Below are positions 1 to 8,973 of a DNA stretch of 64,000 nt, one piece after another. A program made the position numbers and the translations under genes. This DNA comes from Nitrospirota bacterium (GTDB lineage: Bacteria; Nitrospirota; UBA9217), in NCBI GenBank assembly GCA_963740085.1, contig CAVUCU010000004.1, forward strand, positions 384,001 through 448,000, given 5' to 3'. Every line of letters starts with the position of its first letter. Within the stretch, counting starts at the first letter, position 1. A model generated the notes under the pieces. It did not search any database. It was given only the letters and a program-made list of their open reading frames with translations, and was not told the origin of the DNA.

Positions 1-16
1 ATGTGCCCGACGCATG

Positions 17-466
17 TTATCCGCGGCGTACGGCCAAAAACACGCCGACCGACATCAGAATGAGACCGATAGACCTCTGAAAAGTGATGGCATGCGTTGG
101 GGCACCCATCAGCCCGAATTGATCTATGGCCGCCATGGATATGACCTGGCCTAGAAGTACAAAAGCCACAGCATTTCCGACACCGAATTGTGGGGCTACC
201 CAGGTGACGCTGAGGACGTAAAAGGCTACGAACACACCACCTAAGTAGAAATAGAACGGCAGCGCTGTTTTCGGGAATGGCCTCAGGCCACCCTCTACAG
301 CGAAAAGGAAAGCAACCGAAATAGACAGCGCTACCAGAAACAAGACAGAGGCAGCGAACGCTGGGCTTCCGTACTTAGTGCCCAAAGTTGCGCTCAGCGC
401 TGCCATAACAGGGATACCAATGCCTGCAGCAAGCATGAGACATGAGAAAAAAAGATGGTTTGCCAT
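17..466 (-). CDS. DMT-superfamily small membrane transporter (YdcZ/DUF606-like)
   Basis: 149 aa, about 5 hydrophobic segments, with GG(V)F...APQFG...GQ...IDQFG pattern typical of the YdcZ family. Confidence 0.8.
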   Translation of the reverse strand: MANHLFFSCLMLAAGIGIPVMAALSATLGTKYGSPAFAASVLFLVALSISVAFLFAVEGGLRPFPKTALPFYFYLGGVFVAFYVLSVTWVAPQFGVGNAVAFVLLGQVISMAAIDQFGLMGAPTHAITFQRSIGLILMSVGVFLAVRRG

Positions 467-711
467 AAGCTAAGTCTCCTCGGGTTAAGAAGGCGCATAA
501 CAATATATTGAGCAGATACCGGAGTTTATCACGATTATTTCACCTGGTCAATAAACTTGAAATAAAATCCTGACGCGAATACAAATTTATCAAATAGTTG
601 CGTGGTTGGAATATATTCGGTTTTGCATGTTGAACAGTTTCCTCTCAATACCCCATTCTCCCTATCCCCAAAGACATTTCCGCTAGATATCAAGCCGTCC
701 TCGAACAGTTT

Positions 712-785
712 GCAGGTCGGGTCGCGTTTTATGACCCGACAGTTCTCTAACCATGTCGGGCTTCGCTTCGCTCTACCTGATCTGC
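712..785. repeat. GTAG-type REP doublet (degenerate)
   Basis: GCAGGTCGGGTC..GACCCGACA...TGTCGGG-CTTCGCTTCGCTC-TACCTGATCTGC: two inverted REP-like palindromes in an intergenic gap. Confidence 0.55.
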
Positions 786-860
786 TAACTGGATGCGAAG
801 CTGGGCCGCTGAAATAAAATAATGCTATACTCTATAGAAAAAGTCTCCAGGAGGTGCTCG

Positions 861-1346
861 ATGAAAAAATTCATGTTTGTCGTCTTATGTGTGTTGCTGG
901 CAGCCGCCAACGCATTTGCGGCGCCGGCCGCGACGGTGAAGTCGCTGAGCGGTCTTAAGCAGGTGAAGATCGTGGTTGATGTCAATGTCGGCAGTCCCAA
1001 AATGCTTCTGTCGCGGATGGATCTTCTTGATAAGACGTACCGGCAGTTGGCGGCGGCAGGGATGAAACCGGTCGTTGTCGTGGCTTTTCGCGGCAGGGCC
1101 AGTCTCTTCATAACCAAAGGCGACGGTTATGTTGCCGAGGATGAGAAGGGGGCCAAGCTCGAAATGAAGTCATGGATCGAACGATTCAAACAGGAAGGGT
1201 TTACCATTGAACAGTGCTCCCTAGCAGCAGGGTTTCTCAAAATTAATCTGAAGGATTTCCTCCCGCAGGTTGAGGTCGTGGAAAACGGCTATGTCTCATT
1301 GATCGGGTATCAGCAGCAGGGATATGCGTATCTCCCAATGGACTGA
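861..1346 (+). CDS. Exported DsrE-like protein
   Basis: AGGAGG before ATG 861; signal peptide (MKKFMFVVLCVLLAAANAFA); DsrE-like fold with single Cys (IEQCS) and VENGYVSLIGYQQQGY terminus. Confidence 0.7.
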   Translation: MKKFMFVVLCVLLAAANAFAAPAATVKSLSGLKQVKIVVDVNVGSPKMLLSRMDLLDKTYRQLAAAGMKPVVVVAFRGRASLFITKGDGYVAEDEKGAKLEMKSWIERFKQEGFTIEQCSLAAGFLKINLKDFLPQVEVVENGYVSLIGYQQQGYAYLPMD

Positions 1347-1394
1347 TCCGACTTTCTCAATCCTGACCCACAAATTGACGAGCGGGGGTATCAC

Positions 1395-2423
1395 ATGAAG
1401 GCCATGGTTCTCACACAGATTACCTCCCTAGCTGAATACCGGGCTCCTCTCGATCTTGTCGACATGCCCATCCCTGTTCCAAAAGAGCATGAAATACTGC
1501 TGAAGGTTTCGGTCTGCGGCGTGTGCCACACGGAGCTGGACGAAATAGAAGGACGGACGCCGCCGTCTCAATTCCCGATCATACTTGGGCATCAGGTCGT
1601 CGGGCGTGTTGTGAAACAGGGGCCCGGAGCAAGCAGATGGAAAACAGGTGATCGTGCGGGGATCGCCTGGATCCATTCTGCCTGCGGCGTGTGCGATTTC
1701 TGCAAGTCAGGCAGGGAGAACCTTTGTGACGACTTCAAGGCCACCGGCAGGGATGCTCATGGAGGGTACGCGGAATATACTGCGGTTCACGAGAATTTTG
1801 CTTACCCCATACCTGAATCGCTGTCCGATGCAGAGGCGGCACCGCTCCTGTGCGCGGGAGCCATCGGCTATCGGTCTCTTCGTCTCGCCACGATGTACGA
1901 TGGGAACAACCTGGGACTCACAGGCTTCGGGGCCTCGGCGCACCTTGTGCTGAAGATGGCCAAACACCTCTACCCGAATTCAAAGGTGTTCGTCTTCTCC
2001 CGCACCGAGGGGGAAAGGGCCTTCGCACGGGAACTGGGCGCTGTCTGGGCCGGCGGTACTGAAGAACCCTCACCGGAAAAGCTGCACGCCGTAATCGACA
2101 CGACCCCTGCCTGGAGGCCCGTGGTCGGGGCGATGCGGAACCTCGAGAAGGGCGGGCGTCTCGTGATCAATGCTATCCGGAAAGAGGAAGGGGACAAGGA
2201 GGCGTTGCTTGAGCTTGATTATTCACGCGATCTCTGGATGGAGAAAGAGATCAAGAGCGTTGCGAACATCACGAGAAAAGATGTCGAAGATTTTCTGAAT
2301 CTGGCCGCGGAGATCCCGATCAGACCGGAGATCCAGGAGTATACCCTTGAAGATGCAAATACGGCCCTCATGGAACTGAAGGAGCGCAAGGTCAGGGGCG
2401 CGAAGGTACTGCGTATTTTCTGA
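1395..2423 (+). CDS. Zinc-dependent alcohol dehydrogenase family protein
   Basis: CGVCHTE and GHQVVG catalytic Zn motifs, CGVCDFC..C structural Zn, GFGASA nucleotide-binding loop. Confidence 0.92.
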   Translation: MKAMVLTQITSLAEYRAPLDLVDMPIPVPKEHEILLKVSVCGVCHTELDEIEGRTPPSQFPIILGHQVVGRVVKQGPGASRWKTGDRAGIAWIHSACGVCDFCKSGRENLCDDFKATGRDAHGGYAEYTAVHENFAYPIPESLSDAEAAPLLCAGAIGYRSLRLATMYDGNNLGLTGFGASAHLVLKMAKHLYPNSKVFVFSRTEGERAFARELGAVWAGGTEEPSPEKLHAVIDTTPAWRPVVGAMRNLEKGGRLVINAIRKEEGDKEALLELDYSRDLWMEKEIKSVANITRKDVEDFLNLAAEIPIRPEIQEYTLEDANTALMELKERKVRGAKVLRIF

Positions 2424-2511
2424 AACATCGATCTATCAACGAATGTATGTATGTAAATCTCTCCCCATCAAAGTCGGCTCTTTGCCGATAGCGCACGATT
2501 TTTTCTTTTTT

Positions 2512-2692
2512 CTGCACCCCGGTTCACAATCCGCGCAGGCATGCCTTGCTGGTTCTGTTGACAAGCTTTTTCGAGTATCGCAGCGCTTCCCCTCGCCATG
2601 CAAACGGGCTCGGCCGCGTCTGCCTGGTTTTGTGATGGAATCGTTGATGACTGCATCCGCATGCTTGTGCGCGGGCTGTTCACGGGATGCAG
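2512..2692 (-). ncRNA. Candidate structured ncRNA, copy 1 (rod-like, 6S-like architecture, family unassigned)
   Basis: Homologous to 56723-56924(+). Closing stem CUGCAUCCC/GGGGUGCAG, inner stems CGCGCA/UGCGCG, GCAUGC/GCAUGC and GCAG-CGC/GCG-CUGC, with compensatory changes between copies. Confidence 0.55.
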
Positions 2693-2715
2693 GGGCCTCT
2701 GAACAGCGGGAATCC

Positions 2716-2751
2716 GAACCCTGGAACCCTGAACCCTGAACCCTGAACCCC
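2716..2751. repeat. Heptamer tandem repeat (GAACCCT)n
   Basis: About 5 imperfect copies just after the sbtM stop. Confidence 0.8.
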
Positions 2752-2758
2752 GACGGCA

Positions 2759-4367
2759 TTATCGAGGGGATTGATCGTGCAGAAAGCAGAAGGGGTCCTT
2801 GTCCTCAAAGATATTGAGTCCATGGCTGTTTGTACTGGCGAGGCATCCGCCGCAGACGGGGCGAATGGCGCATGTCCGGCACGCCGCGGTCCCCGTGCGA
2901 TAGCGTTTCGCCAATTCCGAATCATAGATCTCCGAGATGCTCTGCTCGTGGACATCGCCGATGGGCGAGGGAAATTTTCGGCAGGCATGAACTTCGCCAT
3001 CCGCGAGGAGCGTCACGAAATTGAATGCTGCGCCGCATCCGTAGCCGGTACAACCGCCGAAGAGTGCGACTATCATGTTCGTGGCGGATGATGTTGATGA
3101 GGTTGTCCTTGATCCCCATGACGGGGTTGGTTTTAGCAGCCTCGAGATATGATTGGAGAAAAGAACGGTAGTGCCGGGCTTCCGGTAAGAGAAGATTAGC
3201 ACCTTCGCCGACCATGGAGAGCCGGTTGAAATGGAAGGTATCCGTCTTCCCGCGGAGCACCTCGGCGAGCGGCAGTACCTGGTCGATGTTCCCGCTCGTC
3301 AGGGTGAGCATGACCATGGATGATACACCGAGCTCTCTGAGGACATCGAGGAAGGCCATGATCCGGTCAAAATGACCAGTGCCGCGGATACTGTCGTTAT
3401 GCTTCCGCAGACCCTCCAGGCTCACCTGGAAAAAAGCGGGCATTTGGACGGCGATCAATTCCTCGATCTGCTCCCGCGAAGCGGGATTGCCGAGGATCGC
3501 CGTGGTGAAGCCGCGCTCTGCGGCAGCGCGGTAGATCTCCGGGAACGCCGGGTGAAGGAGGGGATTGCCGCCCGTAAAGGAGACCGCGCCGGTGACGTTC
3601 TTATTCCTGCAGAACATGCGCAGATCATCCAGCACGCTCACTGCCTGGTCGAACGTCACGGGAGGCCGGTCGCTGCGGTCATAGCAATGCTTGCAGTGAA
3701 GATCGCAGGCCTGTGTGATGTGCCACTGAAGGGTGAAAGACGGCGATGAAAAAAACTGATCGGGGATCCCATTGCCGCGGTGAAAGACCTCGGGGTCCCG
3801 CCTGATAAGCGACGGCGGTGTGAGTACGAGACCGCGCGCCCATGCGCGGACGAGCGCACGATCAATAGCACCGACGGGCAGTTTCCCCTGCGTCGCGACG
3901 GTCTCCGGAGCTACGCGCTCAACGACCATTTTGAGGACAAGGAGGTCTTCGTCCGTCGCCGGCCGCGCAATTACGCGGCCGGTAAGGTGGTTGAAATAAA
4001 CGAGTAGGCGCTCCCTCGTTTGAACGGGAGGGTTGGAACCGCGCTGGTCATGACCAAGGAAAACGGCCAGGTTCTTCCACGAAACCTCGATGATCTGCAG
4101 CGTGGGGTTGATGCAGGATCGAGCGACCTCAGCAGGGATTGATCCCGCGTTTTTTTTGACGGAGAAGGTTGTTTCCTCTAAAAGGGCGAGGTCGGACAAA
4201 AATATCGGTATCGAGCGGTCATGCTGATGGGACAGCATTTTCGACAATGACTGTGCAGCGATCGCGCCGGCCCATTGCGTGGAGAAGCGGGCCCATGCTT
4301 TTTCGCCCAGGACATTTCGACATGCTCGATACCGGGTGTCAACGTTTTTGTCTGGAAAAGGGTCCAT
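2759..4367 (-). CDS. sbtM: SbtM-type thio(seleno)oxazole radical SAM/SPASM maturase, frameshifted near 3070
   Basis: LQWHITQACDLHCKHCYD rSAM motif in 2922..4367. SPASM part (FGGCTGYGCGAAFNF...ACRKF...CRTC..VCGGC..FC) continues in the 2759..3202 frame. Adjacent to an SbtA-type precursor. Confidence 0.85.
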
Positions 4368-4521
4368 GGCATCAGAAAAACGGGATCCCGGCAGTGTATG
4401 GACCTAAACGGTCATCATCGCCGGACCACAACTTGTCAATGCGTGTTCTTGATGTACTCGTGTTTGCCGGCAGGTCTATCCTGCCGGCTGTTTCCCGGAA
4501 CATTTGATAGTGCAAACTGCA

Positions 4522-4758
4522 CTATTTGCTGCCGCTTCAGCCGCCTGTCGGGGTAGGGTCAGAAGCCGGTTCAGCTTTTGTTCCGCTTCAGCTGCCGTGC
4601 GTTGAGGTCTGCTCAGTGGTAACGCCTGTACCACCTGTTGAACCAGCTCAACTGCTCTCTGCGGCGCCTGTCGTCGCACCGAGAGTGAGTCCGGCGCCGG
4701 CAACCAATCCGGCAATTCCGAAGCCTGCCAGTAACTTTTTAAGCTCTTGAATATCCAT
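4522..4758 (-). CDS. sbtA: SbtA-family selenocysteine-containing RiPP precursor (3 Sec)
   Basis: SD AGGAGGTG then MDIQELKKLLAGFGIAGLVAGAGLTLGATTGAAESSUAGSTGGTGVTTEQTSTHGSUSGTKAEPASDPTPTGGUSGSK-TAG; in-frame TGA at 4648-4650, 4588-4590 and 4537-4539. Confidence 0.88.
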
Positions 4759-5001
4759 GTTTCACCTCCTTTTCGCCACGTGTCTGCGTAAATGACGCGT
4801 TATCGGATGGGGTAAATCGATCATTGTTATTCTTGCCGGCTTACTGTATATCCCAAGCATGAGTAGTTTGAAAAGGGATGATCGGCATATATAGATAAAG
4901 TCTATTGGTTCCTGGTATCATTGTCAAGAACTGATTCGAGCAGATGAGGTCAGGGTGAAAGGGCCGTTCCGGGGACATGCGGGGTTGGGTATGGCTTCCC
5001 G

Positions 5002-5248
5002 ATGATCAAGGTCATCGAAAGAAAATCGCAGGAGCTGGAGGTTACTGTTCCCCTGGTGCCGAGAGAACGAATTACCTGTTCGACCTGTCATAATCCCCAC
5101 CAAAAGGGGCGTCATAACATATAAGCCTTCCACGAAGGGGGTCGATGAACCGGGCAGGCTCCGCCTGCCCGGTTCATCGGAGAGCTGCTCTGTCTGTCAT
5201 GACCTCTCATCATCAACGTTGCGCGGTTTTCTAACAGTTTCCCGTTGA
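5002..5248 (+). pseudogene. Remnant of multiheme c-type cytochrome C-terminus
   Basis: ITCSTCHNPH (CxxCH at 5077-5091), then after a +1 shift in the G-run at about 5106-5109, RLRLPGSSESCSVCHD (5186-5200). No signal peptide or N-terminal part. Confidence 0.55.
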
Positions 5249-5273
5249 CGAATGGGCAAAAAATAGGCATAGT
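5245..5273 (+). promoter_or_regulatory. sigma70-type promoter, probably leaderless
   Basis: TTGACG-17-CATAGT, ending 6 nt before ATG 5280; no SD. Confidence 0.45.
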
Positions 5274-5279
5274 AGCGCC

Positions 5280-6917
5280 ATGATATTCATCAGCCTCTTC
5301 GGCGGTATGCTCCTCCTGCTCTACGGCATCAAGCTCCTGAATGACGGGCTCCAGAATGCCGCCGGTTCCAAGATCCGTTCGCTCCTCAGGTCCCTCACGA
5401 GCAACCGGCTCGCTGCCGTGGGCGGCGGGGCGTTCATCACCGGCCTCATCCAGTCGAGCAGCGCCACGTCGGTCATGCTCGTCGGGTTCGTGAGCGCCGG
5501 GCTCATGAGTTTCCGCCAGACCCTTGCGGTCATCCTCGGTGCGGACATCGGCGCCACACTTACCGTGCAACTCATCGCCTTTCACGTCTATGACTATGCC
5601 GTGCTTCTTGTCGGGATCGGTTTGTCCTTCACCCTTTTTGCCAAAAGAATGCTCTTCAGGAACTTCGGCCAGGGTGTGCTCGGCTTCGGTTTTGTCTTCC
5701 TCTCCATCAAGATCATGATCGAGGCCATGACGCCGCTCCAGAGCGACGAGCTGTTCCGCCAGGTCTTTATCGCCCTCACGGATACGCCGATCATCGGGAT
5801 CGTGCTCTCGGCCGGTGTGACGGCCCTTATCCACAGCAGTGCGGCGACCATGGGCGTTGCACTTGTCCTTGCCTCGAGCGGTCTGATACCGCTTCCCGCC
5901 GCCATCTATATTGTCCTCGGCGCCAACATCGGCACCTGCGCCACAGCGTTCATGGCAAGCCTGCGTTCACCCGCCGAGGCGAGACGTGTTGCCTGGGCGC
6001 ACCTGCTCTTTAAAGTATTCGGCGTTCTGCTCTTCCTGCCGTTCCTCTCGCCCTTCTCGCATCTGGTCACCGCCACGTCCCCGGACCTCACCCGGCAGAT
6101 CGCAAATGCCAATACGCTGTTCAATGTTATCATGGCGGTAGTCTTCCTGCCCCTTATCGGTCCCTTCTCCAAGCTGGTCATGAAACTGGTTCCTGAAGAG
6201 GAGAAGGGAAAAAGGGTCGGGCCCCAGTACCTGGACGAGCACGTGCTTGGTACGCCCGCGCTGGCGTTGGGACAGGCAAGCCGGGAGGCGCTCCGGGTGT
6301 CGGACATCGTGAGGGAAATGCTGAACGACGCGGTCAAGGTTTTTCAGAGCGATGATACAGAGACCATAACCACCATCAAGAACAAGGACAACCTGATCGA
6401 CCTTTTGGACAGGCATATCCGTCTTTACATCACCCGGCTTTCATCGTCGCATCTGACCGAAGCCCAGTCCCGACGCTCGATGGCCGTGCTCGAGATCTCA
6501 CGCAACCTGGAGAACATCGGAGATATCATCGACCGGAACATCATGCCTTTGGCGCTGAAGCGGATCAGCAAAGGGATCACCTTCTCTCCGGAAGGGTTGG
6601 AAGAGATCGTCCGCTTTCATAGAAAAGTGATCGACAACTTTGATATCGCCATCTCGGCATTCGGGAGCAACGACCTGGTCCTTGCGGAGCAGGTGCTTCG
6701 GAACAAGGAAGAAATCGGCATGCTTGAACGAGAGCTGGTCCAGGCGCACCTTGACCGGCTCCGCAAGGGGTTCCGGGAATCCATTGAGACGAGTCATATT
6801 CATCTTGATGTGATCGGGAACCTCGCGCGCATTAATTCGCTCATTACCCACATCATCTATCCGATCGTTGACGAAAAACGAGTGAAGGGACGTGAGGATG
6901 TGGGGATTGAGGCGTAG
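5280..6917 (+). CDS. Na/Pi cotransporter family protein with C-terminal PhoU domains
   Basis: Repeated IQSSSAT/IHSSAAT and GADIG/GANIGT motifs; helical PhoU-like tail (LENIGD). Confidence 0.9.
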   Translation: MIFISLFGGMLLLLYGIKLLNDGLQNAAGSKIRSLLRSLTSNRLAAVGGGAFITGLIQSSSATSVMLVGFVSAGLMSFRQTLAVILGADIGATLTVQLIAFHVYDYAVLLVGIGLSFTLFAKRMLFRNFGQGVLGFGFVFLSIKIMIEAMTPLQSDELFRQVFIALTDTPIIGIVLSAGVTALIHSSAATMGVALVLASSGLIPLPAAIYIVLGANIGTCATAFMASLRSPAEARRVAWAHLLFKVFGVLLFLPFLSPFSHLVTATSPDLTRQIANANTLFNVIMAVVFLPLIGPFSKLVMKLVPEEEKGKRVGPQYLDEHVLGTPALALGQASREALRVSDIVREMLNDAVKVFQSDDTETITTIKNKDNLIDLLDRHIRLYITRLSSSHLTEAQSRRSMAVLEISRNLENIGDIIDRNIMPLALKRISKGITFSPEGLEEIVRFHRKVIDNFDIAISAFGSNDLVLAEQVLRNKEEIGMLERELVQAHLDRLRKGFRESIETSHIHLDVIGNLARINSLITHIIYPIVDEKRVKGREDVGIEA

Positions 6918-6922
6918 AGAGG

Positions 6923-7036
6923 CAGAGTTAGGAGTTAGGAGTTCGGAGTGTGGAGTCGGAGTAAGGCAATCTTACAACCCGAACCCTGAACCCTGAACCC
7001 TGAACCCTGAACCCTGAACCCTGAACCCTGAACCCG
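6923..7036. repeat. Heptamer repeat tract (GGAGTTA-like then GAACCCT)
   Basis: Degenerate GGAGTTA/GGAGTTC units followed by about 8 near-perfect GAACCCT units. Confidence 0.85.
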
Positions 7037-7062
7037 ATACCCTCTAGTTTGGAGGTTTTAAA

Positions 7063-7461
7063 ATGATAAGGCAACTCAGAGTGAAAACGAATTCAAGGAC
7101 AGAGCTTGTGGACATCACGCAGGGAGTGCAGATGCTCGTGGCGGAGAGCGGGGTTCGCTCCGGCGTATGTTACGTCTACGTGCCCCACACGACCTCGGCG
7201 GTCACGATCAACGAGAACTCCGATCCGAACGTAGGGCGGGACATCCTGAAGGAACTGAACAAGGTCATTCCCTTTGACGACAATTACGGCCATCATGAAG
7301 GAAATTCCGCGGCTCACATCAAGTCGAGCATCATCGGTGTATCCAAGGCGATCATGGTAGAGGAGGGGAGACTGGCGCTCGGCACGTGGCAGGCCGTATT
7401 TTACTGCGAGTTCGACGGCCCGCGCGACCGCAGGGTGTTGGTGAAGGTGATGAAGGATTAG
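7063..7461 (+). CDS. yjbQ: Secondary thiamine-phosphate synthase / UPF0047 family
   Basis: VPHTTSAVTINEN-DP, GNSAAHIKSS, LGTWQ..YCEFDGPR motifs; GGAGG SD. Confidence 0.92.
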   Translation: MIRQLRVKTNSRTELVDITQGVQMLVAESGVRSGVCYVYVPHTTSAVTINENSDPNVGRDILKELNKVIPFDDNYGHHEGNSAAHIKSSIIGVSKAIMVEEGRLALGTWQAVFYCEFDGPRDRRVLVKVMKD

Positions 7462-7473
7462 GGGAAAAGGGAT

Positions 7474-8598
7474 ATGATACTCAGGGGAAGATTGTTGATT
7501 TCCGTAATTAGCATTCTGCTGTTCACCCTCTCCGTGGCTTCAGCCCAAACCGCTGAACAGAATGCCTATGCCCGCTTTCTGAGAACAGGCTCCGGGCAGA
7601 TGAAGGCTGGCGATTATCAGGCCGCGCGCGATTCATTTAAGCAGGCGCTCGAGTACAACGATTCCGCACCTGAAGGCCACCTTGGCCTCGGCATTGCATA
7701 TTTTTACCTGCGGGATGATACAGAAGCTGAAAGGGAATTGTCGAAGACGCTTGAACTTAATCCAAAGTCATCAATAGCAAATCAATTTCTCGGCGAGCTT
7801 TATTACCGCAAAGATGACCTGAAAACGGCGGTATCGTACTGGGAAAAAGCGGTTGAATTAGATCCCAATGCGGCCAATATTCGCTCGCGGCTCGACCGCA
7901 TCCGCAAAGAGCACAAGGCGGAGAAGGATTTCAATCACGAGATTACAAGTCACTTTCTGATAAAGTATGAGGGCAGGGAAAAGATCGAGGCCGGGAGGAT
8001 CGTTCTCAGGATACTCGAAGACGCGTACGGTGAGGTGGGCCGCTCCCTGTCTTTTTATCCCGATCAGGAGATCCAGGTGATCTTGTATTCGGGACAGCAG
8101 TTTCAGGCAGTGACCAGCGCACCTGACTGGAGCAGCGGTCTCTTCGACGGGAAGATCCGCCTTCCCGTCGGCGGCATCGAACGGGAAACGCCGGCGCTCA
8201 GGATGAATCTCTTTCATGAATACACGCACGCGGCCGTGCGCGCCATAACACCCCGCTGCCCTACCTGGTTGAACGAGGGGCTGGCGCAATACTTCGAGGG
8301 CAGGCAGATCGACCCACGGCAGCTGGAGAATCTTAAGCAGCTCGCGCAGGCTGGAACGCTCCCACCGCTCACGAACCTGGAAGGCTCATTCATGGGACTC
8401 AACGGCAGCCGGGCACAGCTGGCCTATTTAATCAGCCTCTCCTCGGTCCGTTACATGATCGATACCTTCGGCCTGTATCGCGTTAAAGGTGTGCTGGACG
8501 AACTTGCCAGGGGCGCGGACACCAATGGGGCCCTCAGCAGGGGGATCATGTTGTCGTATGAAGAATTCGAGCGCGGGTGGAAGCGGTCGCTCGAATAG
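7474..8598 (+). CDS. Exported TPR protein with peptidase MA-like domain
   Basis: Signal peptide, TPR repeats, HEYTH zinc motif and PTWLNEGLAQYFE. Confidence 0.8.
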   Translation: MILRGRLLISVISILLFTLSVASAQTAEQNAYARFLRTGSGQMKAGDYQAARDSFKQALEYNDSAPEGHLGLGIAYFYLRDDTEAERELSKTLELNPKSSIANQFLGELYYRKDDLKTAVSYWEKAVELDPNAANIRSRLDRIRKEHKAEKDFNHEITSHFLIKYEGREKIEAGRIVLRILEDAYGEVGRSLSFYPDQEIQVILYSGQQFQAVTSAPDWSSGLFDGKIRLPVGGIERETPALRMNLFHEYTHAAVRAITPRCPTWLNEGLAQYFEGRQIDPRQLENLKQLAQAGTLPPLTNLEGSFMGLNGSRAQLAYLISLSSVRYMIDTFGLYRVKGVLDELARGADTNGALSRGIMLSYEEFERGWKRSLE

Positions 8599-8626
8599 AG
8601 ACAAGTACCAAATATCAGGCACCAAG

Positions 8627-8790
8627 GTATCTACACAGGTCAAAAGCTGTTTAGCCGCGAATGGCCTGAAAAATGAACCGGCCACTTAGAGAGGCACGCA
8701 AGGATCGCAGAGAGAATTAAAACTGAAATACATGGTTTCAGATTATTTCTTTGAGTTCTTTGCGTTCTTTTGCGGCCAATCTGAGCAGTT
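8627..8790. mobile_element. MITE-like element family A (inverted relative to the 20423 copy)
   Basis: Near-identical reverse complement of 20423-20585; related to 12996-13136. Confidence 0.75.
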
Positions 8791-8847
8791 TGTACCAAGA
8801 TGCAAATAATCACCAAAGGGAGAGGCAAGCACCAATTGCAGACTTGT

Positions 8848-8921
8848 TGTCACCCTGAGCGAAGCGAAGGGTCTCGCAACGGGCTGGAAATAAGAGATTC
8901 TTCACTACGTTCAGAATGACA
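8848..8921. repeat. Palindromic REP-like element TGTCA..CTGAGCGAAGCGAAG...CTTCACTACGTTCAGAATGACA
   Basis: Long imperfect inverted repeat with TGTCA/TGACA ends. Confidence 0.7.
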
Positions 8922-8973
8922 TACTGTGCCGATTTGAGATTTGGGATTTGATATTTGGAATTTGTCCGATCAT

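Noticed and set aside
2512-2692. Firm assignment as 6S, SRP, RNase P or tmRNA
   Set aside because: No SRP GGAA-loop motif, RNase P or tmRNA signatures recognised; 6S is suggested only by size and shape and needs a covariance-model search.
2436-2759. ORFs over ncRNA candidate copy 1 (and 56587-56998 over copy 2)
   Set aside because: The copies differ by frame-breaking indels and share no sensible protein; conservation follows base pairing.
4476-4750. ORF-track calls 4476..4715(-) and 4526..4750(+)
   Set aside because: Shadow frames of the Sec-containing precursor, which has the SD and the family leader.
6978-7036. CRISPR array
   Set aside because: Contiguous 7-mers without spacers; no cas genes or repeat-spacer structure anywhere in the window.
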